From Macrostomum lignano (taxonomy: Eukaryota), in NCBI GenBank assembly GCA_002269645.1, contig NIVC01001659.1:124001-188000 (forward strand): 64,000 bases of DNA. The letters are read 5' to 3'. Position numbers and translations under genes: made by a program. Every line of letters begins with the position of its first letter. Position 1 is the first letter of the stretch. The notes below the pieces were generated by a model. It was given only the letters and a program-made list of their open reading frames with translations, searched no databases and was not told where the DNA came from. Positions 32,963-44,084 of this stretch are shown one piece after another.

Positions 32963-33325
32963 ACACCTCCATCTGCAATTCTTGTGCCTCGAACTTTTCG
33001 AGGTGAAATTTCCTATCCTTTCGCGAATTGGAGTTCGCGGCAGGGAACGCAGAGCTGCAGTGCAAGGTTCTCAGAATTGTCAGTCGTCTTTACGCACGAA
33101 TGCAGCACCTTCACGTGAAGCTGAGGCGACTCTCCCTGAGAATGGGATGCATGCAGCAGCCGCGGTCTTGTAGGCTTGGGCTGCCGTGAGCTCAGAAGCC
33201 ATTGGACAGCTCCCGGAACCGGTTAATTGGCGGCTCTGGCGATCGCGAGCCGAGCGGGAGGGTTAAAATCTTGAGAAGGTGGCGCCAGGAGAGGCCATCG
33301 CAGTCCCTCCCCCCCCTGCTCAGCC

Positions 33326-34625
33326 ATGCAGAGCGCCAACGTCAGCCGCGCGATCAGCCAGCCTGAGTTTCTGACCTTTGGTCTGACCCTGAGCTTGAGC
33401 AGCATTGCTGGTTTGCTCAACTGCGCTGTGCTCGCCATCCTCATCAGCAAGCGAAACCGGGAGCGCGAGAGCGGCCTGCTCACCCTCAGCAGCCTGGAGA
33501 TTCTGTCCAATGCGGCCATGGCGGCCTACCTGGCCTGTCAGCTGGCTCGGCAGGGACCCGGTCCCTGGCAGGTGGGTTCGTTTGCTCCTGATCCGCCTTT
33601 ATCTCTTGTGCGGTCTGTGCCTTGAGGGTCGGCCCTTGTGAGTGGGGTATCGCATGAAAAGTCCGAGATCAGTGACCAGGGCTGTAAGGGACTGAAGCAG
33701 TGCTGGTGGCCTGAAGGCTCTCACTGTCACCCCCCCCCCCCTCTTGCAGATGGGAGTCGCCACGCACTGCCTGCAGATGCTGCGCAACAACTGGCTGCTG
33801 GGCATCTCGCTGTACCGCCTGGCGCTCACCGTGCGGCCGGACCTGACCGCCCGGCCTCGCCTGCAGACGCCGATGCGTCGTCAGGCCGCCCTGCTGTCCG
33901 GCGTGGCGCTGCTCAGCGCGTGCGAGGTGCTCCTGACCAGCGCCCTGGGCGAGCTGCTGCAGCGGCGAGACACCGCCTGGACCGCCAGCAACGCCTCCAA
34001 CGGCTCGAGCAGCTCATACGAGGACTTCGGGGCGGCCTCGGCCCCGATGCTGAAGTTCCTGAGCTACGCAGTGCTGGGCGTCATCATACCGGGCTGCAGC
34101 ATCCTCATCGTGTCGGCCAAGATCGCCCACAGCCTCCGGGTCCGGTTCACGCAGCACTCGTCCAGCATGCGCGCCAGCAAGATCATCCTGCTGCTGGCCG
34201 CGAGCTTCGTGCTCTGCCAGTTCCCCTTCGCTGTGGCTTGCGTGGCCACCCTGGCCGACCTGCTGGGCTCGGGGCTTCGCCAGGTGGGTGAGGCGCAGCT
34301 TGAGCGGCTGCACCGATTCGAGACCGCGGCCAACTGGGCTGGCGTGTTCCAGCCGGTGGACTCCTGCCTGAACTTCTTCATCCTGCTGGCCTTCAGCCCG
34401 TCCTTCCAGCGCGTTCTCAGATGCAGCGCCTGGTGCGGCGTCGCCAGGCGGCGGCGAACGCGCGGCGGACGGGGCCGGCCGGCCATCGTCTACCAGCTGC
34501 AGCGGCCGCAGCGCTGCCGCCGCTACCAGCAGCCCGCGGTGCTGCAGACTCGCCAGTTGCGGCAGCGGCAGCGGCAGCTCATTCAGCTCGCCAAGTTCGA
34601 TAGGCCGGAGGACCGCTACGGATGA
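33326..34625 (+). CDS. Rhodopsin-like (class A) GPCR, probably peptide-receptor-like; exons 33326-33571 and 33750-34625 (~373 aa)
   Basis: Seven hydrophobic segments; TM1 GLLN; TM3 end ISLYRL; TM5 IIPGCSILIVS; TM6 FVLCQFP; TM7 DSCLNFFI...SPSFQ. Phase-0 GT-AG intron. Confidence 0.85.
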
Positions 34626-35074
34626 AATCTGAGCTGGACTTGACACCCGAGCATTCACCTGAGCATTAACTCGAACACCTGAGCATTAACTCGATCACCT
34701 GAGCATTAACTCCAATAACTATCTAAATAATACTTTTAGTAACACATCTGCATGTTACTCTGCTGTGGATTACGTTTCTGTCGATATTTACAGTTGCGAA
34801 ATTTATCACTGCAGAGACAAGCCCCAATATTTCAAGACTGAAAATGTTGCCCTAAAACATTGTGCATAGCAACGCCATACGCATCCTCAAACTAACAGCA
34901 CCGAGTGATTGCACTGAATGCATGTGCTGTGATTAGCAATTGCATAGTGCCAAAAGAACTATGGGAAAAATGGCAAATGCTACAAATCATAGCTGCAGTT
35001 TTAGCGCATTTTTCGAGCCTTCTTTTAATTCTTAAAAATGGGCAAGTACTGTAAAAAACTAGTGGAAACTTTCA

Positions 35075-35395
35075 GGGGTAGAGGTGTAGCTTCAGGCCTA
35101 TGAGAGAGGGGGTAGAGGTGTAGCTCCAGGCCTATGAGAGAGGGGGTAGAGGTGTAGCTCCAGGCCTATGAGAGAGAGGGGGTAGAGGTGTAGCTTTAAG
35201 CCTATGAGAGAGGGGGTAGAGGTGTAACTTCAGGCCTATGAGAGAGGGGGTAGAGGTGCAGCTTCAGGCCCGTGAGGGGGGTAGAGATGTAGCTTTAAGC
35301 CTATGAGAGAGGGGGTAGAGGTGTAGCTTTAAGCCTATGAGAGAGGGGGTAGAGGTGCAGCTTCAGGCCCGTGAGGGAGGGGAAGAGGTGCAGCC
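35075..35395. repeat. ~31-33 bp tandem repeat (gagagggggtagaggtgtagcttcaggcctat)
   Basis: Directly visible, ~10 copies. Confidence 0.9.
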
Positions 35396-36189
35396 TTAGT
35401 TCTCCAGCAAGTCAAGAGAAGACTGCAGCCCAGTTTATATAGGCATAAAGTTTGACTTCGCAGGTGAAAGAGAAGAAAGGAAATTCTGATAAGCAGGCAG
35501 AAAATTCTTCCAAAGGTTTAAATCCGCCATAAAAAATAATTGGGCAAGCAGACCCCGCAGTTATCTTCTAAAAAGGGTCACTTTAAGGCATGGCGGCTTC
35601 TCTGCTCATGCGGATTCCGGACTGCTGGAAATTAATTGACAAAATGATGGCGATCAAGGAGAGTTGCCACACCTGCCGGCTATCCAATGATTGCTCTGTG
35701 TGGATTTTTTTATTAATTCCCAAGCGTTTGGGGCAGATTTCTTCGGCGACCCGAAATCCGCCATACTAGCGTTTCCGGGTGAAACGGAAGCTGGACTAGG
35801 CAAGTAATGATGAGTTTTTCATCTCAGTGGCCTGCGGAAGAAACAGAGGCCCTGAGCGTCTTCAAGCAGACAGAGGAAATTTGTTCTGCCCGGCAGAAAA
35901 TCTTTAATCACCTCGGCACCTGATCAACGCCTTAGTTGATTTCCGCCTACCTGATGAGGCATTTCCATATTTGGGAAATTGAAAGCCAGCGCGGAGGAGG
36001 CTGCGAGACTCCACCTAGATCCTGTTCGGGCCCGGCCGGCCCCGCCTTCGCGCAGCTGCAGCTGAGAGCGAAAGCCGGAATTTGTCAGCGCAATTGGCCG
36101 AGGTGTCGAACCGCTGCCTGGCGTGGGCTTCGCTAACAGCAGGAATTTCAAACCATTTTCCACCCGTCCAACTACCGAGTCTCCTTGAA

Positions 36190-36790
36190 CGTCGGCACCT
36201 TCAGCAGATGACACAGGGTGACCAGGACACCCAAGAGAGATATTAAAAAATTTCATACTTTGCGCTAATTTTCCTTTGCTTTTGTTGTACTAGCATTGTG
36301 TACGCTTGGTGTCATCTGTTGAAGGTGCCGACGGCGTCGGGTGATGACGGAACGCCTGAGAGACCAGCTGAAGATGTCCAGCAGTTGAGGTTTGGCCACT
36401 GTCAAGGCTTGATCAGAAACATCAGAGAAATTTGCAACAGGGTGTTCATAGTCACCTGGTGTCACCCGTTGAAGAACCAGAAGTTCCGCCTGGGTGAAAG
36501 GCCAGTGAGCAAAGAAGTCAGAGCTGGTGCAGACACACGTAGTCGACGTGTTGATGAAATTTGGAGGTGCGGCAAGGTTGCACTGAGACGCAGTGCTGAT
36601 TGGCGCACAGGGGTGCGCTGAATACACTGGCGCTTATGGAAAAAAATCCGACCTTCTGGCAGAATCGTTGAATATCTCGACAGTCCGGAGGGCTGGCGAC
36701 TTGATTCTTGTTTGAGAAGGTGAGCAACAAAAAGTGAGCCCGCGTGTGTTCTGGAATCTCGCAGCCTACTACTTCGTGTATTCAACTAAA
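36190..36790. mobile_element. Degenerate copy of the TTAA foldback family
   Basis: Shares the ctgttgaaggtgccgacggcgtcgggtgatgac module and the gttgatgaaatttggagg...cagtccggagggctggcgacttgattcttgttt segment with 48621-49702. Confidence 0.7.
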
Positions 36791-38508
36791 ATCTAATCTG
36801 CCTCACCAGCCCCGCACTTCAAGCCAGTTCCAGGTCACAAAAATCAGCGGTCGCCACTCAAACTAGCAAGTTCGCCTGCCGCAAACAGACGGGAATGCGG
36901 AGATCGAATCTCAACGAGTCCGAGACTCCCAAGCCGCTTTTCTGATCCTCTCTCAGGCAAACAGAATATGATAAGAATAGAAGCCGAGGCCAGCAAAGGA
37001 GGCTTAATGAAATCCTTTGCACGGGTTCGCGGAATTATCCATCCTGGGGAGGTGTTTCGACCCTAAATAAATAAAGCATAACGTAACTAACAGCACTGCT
37101 TACAGTAGGCTCTATAGGAAATTTTCTGCGAAAAAATTACCGTAGCGGTCACCGCTCTAGTAAAAGGGACAAATATCAGGAAATTCCTGTCGAAAAGATA
37201 GCTCAGGAATTGTATACGCCGATTAAGATGCTCAGGAAGAGAAAATAGTCGGGAGGGTGTAAAGGATTCACGCCCCATTTAAATTTTATCTGAATTATGA
37301 AAAATGGAATGCTCCATAACTAAGAGCTCTCTTCTATTGCATAGCAATTGGACATTGACAGCTCAATACTAAATAGCCTAGAGACTCTTTTAACTCTGAA
37401 ACTTTGACCGGTGTCCAAAATCGGGAAATGCATTACTAAGTTTATCAACGTGAGCACTAATAATAGTTACATGTTCATGTGATGTGACCTGCACTATATA
37501 TTATTCTGCTAGGCTAGTTACTAATAAAAAATTTTGACTGGGGCTTAGGACAACATTTTGAGTACCAAAAAAACAACAGCAAAGTCCATTACTTCGATAT
37601 AAAATATTTTTTTGATATACAGCCATCAACACTATACGTGGCATATGTGATAACTGATAAGGGATGAATGGACATGTCTCACAGGACAATTAAAACTAAT
37701 CAGTGTGTATGGACTTTTTCCAAATTTTCTGCAATCAAATCATCTTTTTTAATTCCGAGATTTTAAGTGGAGCCCTTTTCTCAGAACAGAATGATCAGAA
37801 AAGGAAGACAATAGAGCAATACAATATTAGCAATATTAGAACTCTCAACTAACTCACTGAAGACCAAGCGCGCATCCAGAAAATTTTGAACGGAAGGCGC
37901 AGATTACTATACTCAGGTATCTTTGCTTTGATTATTTATTCATTTAAAAATTTCAAATAATCGTATAGAAAAAAAATTTAATTTGAAAAGGGGTGCGCCT
38001 TTGTACTAAATCCGCTCCTAATGTTGACAAAGAAGAAAACTTACCGCCAATCTATCTTTCTGGGCTTTTGCGCTTGGATCTTCTTTTGTACCAATAACCT
38101 CATATCGAATATGTCGGTTGAGTTCATAGTCTCGTGGCATCTTTAATTGTAATATTTATCTGTCAGAGTCAATACAATATTAACCTTTAAATAGTTTTAT
38201 TATTTTGCTTATTCAGCAGACTGTACCGTCCTGTACGACTGGTCACGACTCACAATCCAAAAATTGGAATCGTAGTTTTGAATCAAATTCATTTAGCAAC
38301 AGTATAAACTGTGAATTTTATAGCAGTTAAACAAACCAATCCTAGTTTTATTAATAAATAGGAAACACAGTATTAGCTGCTTATCCAAAACATTTTTAAA
38401 TTATAATTTTTTCCGCCACCAAGTATTATTATAAATGAAAAACAATATCACCGTTTTATTTCCGTTACGGGAAGAAATGCCAAGCCAAACCGGGCCACTT
38501 ACCCAACT

Positions 38509-39791
38509 GGCAATGGCTAGAGTTCCGTCACGGGAACCTGTTTTCTAACGTCTATGGATCCGGCAGTGCATTATAATATAGACAGAACATAATATTTTTC
38601 TTTCTACAGGTGGCTGATATTTAGATTTTGTTCTATATAAGATTCAATACGATCTGATAATATTCGAAACAAGATGCTTCTAATGTTCAGACTTCTTAAG
38701 GTATCCACGCTTCTCGGTGCCTGTGCTTTTCGGTGCCAGGCATTTCGGTGCCCCAGTTTGCTTTTCGGTGCCTCATTTTGCTTTTCGGTCCCAGCTTAAC
38801 AAATACATGGAATGAAGCTAAAAGTCAATCATGTTATTCTAGATTCAATCGAAGGCAATTACGAATAGCTGAACAACGAACAAGCTTATTTTTTGTCTTC
38901 CAAATTAATTTTTTTCAATGAATTTGCTTTAAAGAACAAATCGAGGATTGATTCGAAAAACACGTATAACGATCACAAAGAAGGATGATTTAAGTCGAAT
39001 AACATATCGTCCAACTAATCGATATCGTAACAAACATATCGTAATGATAAAATTAAGTCATAAAATTCCTAAAAGAACTGCTAAAATCGTTGCTGATCGA
39101 ATGAAATTGTCGTATTGGTTAATATCTCACAAAGCGACTGCAGATAGCTAAAAGCTGGGTAGGTGTGATTAACTTGTCGTCTAGCTGACCCCAAGCGTTG
39201 TGAATATTTAGCTTGGCATGTCCGGTAGCCTCTAAAATGAATATCACATGTACAGTTGCATGTTGGAACATCCAATTCAATTAAATAATTTCCAAACTTA
39301 CCTTGACGACACAATCAAATTTCCACTTGATTGTGTCCCTTGTAAAAGCTTTCATCGGCATCGGCAGCTTCATCGGCATCAGCAGCATCAGTGATTTCAC
39401 CAGCACCTTTATCAGCAGCTTCATCGGCAGCTTCATCGGCATCGGCAGCTTCATCGGCATCGGCAGCTTCATCGGCATCGGCAGCTTCATCAGCATCAGC
39501 AGCATCGTGTTGTGCTATTTCAGTGTTGTGCTATTTCAGATTTCAGAGAAAATAATACCTTATATCTTAATATAACTTATCAATTACTGATTTGGCGTCA
39601 TATTTAAGTTTGGCACCGAAAAGCAAACTGGGGCACCGAAATGCCTGGCACCGAAAAGCATGGGCACCGAAATGCATGGAAACCCTTCTTAAGATATGTT
39701 CTTAGTAGTATTTTTGTATGCTTTTATACGGCACTGCCGGATCCATAGCTGTTAGAAAACGGGTTCCGGTGCCGGAACTCTAGCCATTACC
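38509..39791. mobile_element. MULE-like MITE with 9-bp TSD (TACCCAACT), ~290 bp after removing a nested element
   Basis: TSD at 38500-38508 and 39792-39800; ~70-bp TIRs ggcaatggctagagttcc.../...ggaactctagccattacc. Confidence 0.82.
38700..39684. mobile_element. Nested MITE with GG...CC termini, subterminal tttcggtgcc repeats and 8-bp TSD (CTTCTTAA)
   Basis: TSD at 38692-38699 and 39685-39692; internal 12-bp repeat catcggcagctt at ~39350-39506. Confidence 0.8.
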
Positions 39792-40194
39792 TACCCAACT
39801 ATCCTATATTAATTATGACTAGCTTACGACCTTGTCCTTGACATTGTCCTTGGCTTAGCCATCTAAAAAATATGTAAATCCAAATCAATTGCAGTTTAAG
39901 TCATTTTAAAGAAGAGACTTGCCACTTCTTAAATGACACCAAACTTGTCATTGTCAATGCAACTTACCTTATTTTAATATTTACCTACCAAGTCTTTTGA
40001 AGGTTCATGCAATAGGCCTAAATTGAGTCTTTGTAGTAAGAGACCTTGAGCCTCTTCACGGGAATCGGTTCTAGAACCAGAATAAATTCGAGTTCTAGAA
40101 CCAGAACCAGTGTGAAATGAGGAGCTTTGAACCTATTCTATGTTTGACAGTCTTTACAATTTAATTTTGTCGTTCTTTGACTTTGTTTCCTCTT

Positions 40195-40348
40195 CACCCG
40201 TATATACAGTTTTGCTGGAATATATCACGAATAAGTGCAGCAAAAAGGCTCAGATATCATGATACGGTGATATTATATCATGATATTCTTAGCCAAAATG
40301 CTGCAACAATGTAGTCTATTTGGGATTGTTTATGGCGTCGTTTTAAAA
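40195..40348 (+). repeat. Left TIR of the KDZ element
   Basis: Exact reverse complement of 56622-56775. Confidence 0.95.
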
Positions 40349-40781
40349 GTCTAAATGAAGCATAATTCCCCCAGCTAGCATTGCATTAGCTTAGTAAGTT
40401 CCATTGTAGCACATGGCCATGCGAATTATATGCTTATCTCGGATCCTTGCTTAAGCGAAATGCCAAAATGAGCATTATTGTATAAAATGGTGTTGCTTAA
40501 CTGCATCACTTGTAGCTAGGCCCCCTACAAGGCGCAGATTGATATAAATTTATGGACTTTGATTAGTGTCCCTAACTAAATGAGCGCATTGCTGTGCTTT
40601 GTATTGTATGCATATCACACTTATCATGGTTATGTAGTTGTAGTTTTACCCGATTTAGTGCTTTTTTAGTCTAGGTGCCAGACCTTATTTAAGTTGATAC
40701 TTAAACCAGGCATTAGTCTGATTGAAAAATTAAATTGTAAATCAATTAACAATTACTCCCAATTTGCCATTTATAATAATA

Positions 40782-41453
40782 CAAGCTGTTGAAACCCGCG
40801 GATTTTGAACCCGGGGAATTCCAATACCCGGAACTACTTTTGCATGTATTCTGAAATCTAAGGCCATACACAAACAAAAACTTGTTAATAGTTAGTAGGA
40901 TAGAGGTAGACATAAAATGGAGCACATTCGTGTAAAATTAGGGTTTGAGACATTGTTGGCTGGGGTACTGCGCAGAATGTCAGGCAATGTCTGTCTGACT
41001 CTAAAACATATATTGCTAAACTCTGGTCTCTCCCTGTCTCTCCCTACATCCCTTGGATCCTTTAAAATTTCTATCGTCTCTTTGTTTCCTCTCATCTCTC
41101 TCGTCCCTCGTCTCTCCTCTCTCGTCTCTCCTCTCTCCCCTCTTCTTTCGTATCTTCCCTCATCTCTCTTCTCTTTCATTTCTCTTATCTTATCTCTTGT
41201 CTCTTCTTTTCTCTCTCCTCTCTACTTTTTCGTTTTCTCTCTTCTCTCTCCCCTCTCCTCTCTCCTCTCACCCCCTCTTCTCTCTTATCTTCCTTCTCCT
41301 TTCTATTTCTTTTCTCTCTTCTCTTAACTCTCTCATCTCTCCCCTCTTCTCTCGTCTCTTCCCGCACCTCTTTTCTCTCTCGTCTTTGCTCTCTCATCTT
41401 TCCTTTCTCTTCTTTTATCTTTTCTCTCTTATCTCTTCTCATTTCTCTCTGCT

Positions 41454-41548
<95 letters not shown>

Positions 41549-43483
41549 TCTCTGTCTTTCTCTCTTATCTCTCCTCCTCTCTCTACTCTCTCCCCTCTCC
41601 ATTCTCCTCTTTCCTTTCCTCTCTTCTCACTCACTTCTCTACCTTTGTCTCTCCTCTCTCCTCTCGTCTCTGTAACCTCTCCTCTGTTCTCTCTACTCTC
41701 CCGTCTTTTATCTGTTCACTCTCGTCTCTGCTCTCTCATCCCCCTCTTTAATCTGGCATCTCTGTCTTATATGTTCTCTCACCTCTCTCCTCTGTACTCT
41801 TTTCTTTCCCCTCTTTTGACTCCTCACTTTCCTTTCTCCTTTCTTCTTTTCTCTTCTCTTCCCTTTTCTATACTCTGTCTCCCTCTCTTCTCTCACTCCA
41901 CTCTCCTCTCTCCGTTATCTCTCATCTCTCATTTCTTATCTCTCCTTCAACCTCTCTCATCTCTAGAACCTTAGAGATGTAGAGATGTATCTTTATCTCT
42001 TCTCTCTTCCCTTTACTCTCTCATCTCTTCTTTCACCTGTTTCCTCTCTGCTCTCCTCTCTGCTCTCTGCTCTCTCCTCTCATCTGCAGCTCTCTGCTCT
42101 CTCATCTCTACTCTCTCCTCTCGCTTTTCCTCTCTCCCCTCTTCTCCCCTCTCTCTCATCGTCCTCACCCCCTCATCTCTCCTATTATCTTTTATCTTTT
42201 CTTTTATCCCCTCTGTCGCCTCTCCTCTCTTCGAATCGTCTATTCCTTCTTCTTTCCACTTTCATCTGCCCCTCAGCTATGAGCTGGATTCTTTATCTGG
42301 CCTTTGAGGTAAAAGTCTGCCCATCCCTGCTTGGAAAGCCAGTTTGTGGGACGTAGTACTCTCATGGCTGTTCTCATGCTTTGATCACGTCATCTTTCTT
42401 GCCAATTTGCAGCCCTGAAAGGAATTTGTGTATCTTCAGCTCCACTGCAGTCTGCATCAGTCTAACAACCAAGGAAATACGCATTTCTTAGGAGGCCATT
42501 TAATATTTATACAGTACCTTTAAAAGAAACCTAAAATTTCCATGGTGTGCCCAATTTAGTAGGGTTGTATTGCATTGCATCGCATCGCCTTTTCATAAAT
42601 CTTTCGCTTTTACAAACCATGCTGGATTCCCTCGATTTGCCAATTGCCAATTGCCATCCACTGTTAAACTGCTGCAGACTTGTGTCTATACAGAGGACAG
42701 TGGTTTGAATCTCTCGCTAAACTGTCTCTCCTCTCTACGCCTCTCCACTCGCGGGGTGCAGAGAAGGCTATAAATAAAGTTATTCCAAAACACTGTACAT
42801 TTGCTATGTACATTCAGTCCCATCGCCTGACCCTTCGTCTGGCTCTGGGGCAATGAGTGAGTGGCACAAACAACAGAAAAAGCAGACAAACTTCACATGC
42901 TTACAGTTTCTTTTTCGGTTGAGTTACAGAGTTGAAACTTTACATTTAGATAGAGAATGAGTCAATGAAGAATTGTGTCAAGTTTGAAGTCAATCGCTTT
43001 ACGTGGAGCAAACTTATGGCAGCTGAAAGTTAGTCAATTTTGAAACCTATTCACACCCTTTGCCCAGATCGGGAAAGAGAGGCAGGCGGGTGGAGGTTGG
43101 GGTGGCTGTCTCGCTGAAAAAAACAGCCAAACTTTAAAAGTGCACAGCGCCGTTCAGGATTAACTTTGAGACTCGAAATTTTACACGATTGTGTCAAAAT
43201 AGTTGAAAATTGCCTGTGTCAAATTTGAAGAGAATCGGTAGAAGTGGAGCGGCGCTATGGAGGATTAAGTGAAAAAATCGCGCATTTTGAGCAGTTTTTT
43301 GTACTTTTAGGTAGGAAGACTTGAGTCTAGGAAATTAAAAGGTAGCCTAAGACATTCTCCGTAGTAAGTTTAGGGTGGGTGTAAAGTTTGGTGTAATTTG
43401 GTTGAGCGGTTTGGGAGTCCATAGCGATCAAAATTGTCCACACACAGACAGACACACAGAGTTTTGATTTTTATAGTTAGAGA
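40782..43483 (-). mobile_element. Lep1-like non-autonomous Helitron inserted in the left arm of the KDZ element
   Basis: Minus strand 5' A|TCTCTAACTATAAAA followed by a (TGTC/TG) microsatellite; 3' hairpin cccggg...ccgcggg then CTTG|T; AT target site; sequence absent from the homologous right arm. Contains a CT-rich tract at ~41025-42270. Confidence 0.65.
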
Positions 43484-44084
43484 TTAAAAAATAATGTTGT
43501 TAATATCATTATATATAGTATTAGATATTAGAGATTTAGTATATCTAGTGGATAAGCATAGTTATATAGATTTGTATCAGTCATATTATACAATGAATAT
43601 CCAATGATGATTTTTTTTAATTTTTTAATTTTTGCTTGGTTATTGTTTCTCTCAGAATGAAATAGGCTTTGGGTCTAGCTTAGATATTTTAAATTAAAAT
43701 ATATAATAATAAGGAAAATAAAATCAAAATTACTATACTCTGGTCAGGCTTAACTTCTAAAAGCTAAATAAAAATAGACTAGATGTTTAAAAATAAGATA
43801 ACAATTTATATTAATATTTATAAAAATAAGCATTGACAAGGCTTATGCATAAACAGTTTCTTTGATTTAATAAGCTAATAAGCTAAAATGTCTCTGTTAA
43901 GTTTTTGCATGCCTTTTTAATTAGAAAAGAAAAGTAATAGCAATATAAACAATTAGGTTGATTTAGCCCTATTTTATTTGTACATTACTTTTCTATACCT
44001 ATTTCTTTCTTATTTGCATTTGCTCTCTCTTTGCTAGTTTGCTTTCTGTTTTACCCTTTTGCTATCTATTCTACATTGTTCCCT

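Noticed and set aside
33030-33203. MASELTAAQAYKT... as the first CFAP141 exon
   Set aside because: No donor in the required phase 0; the frame stops after 40 codons.
35945-36010. CTGATGA...GAAA hammerhead-like core
   Set aside because: Stem II closes poorly and the cleavage triplet would be CUG (H cannot be G).
37130-37161. Hairpin plus CTAG|T resembling a Helitron 3' end
   Set aside because: No matching 5' TC terminus or body identified; could be chance.
37864-38020. Degenerate 14-bp inverted ends suggesting a Harbinger-like MITE
   Set aside because: Too many mismatches and no convincing TSD.
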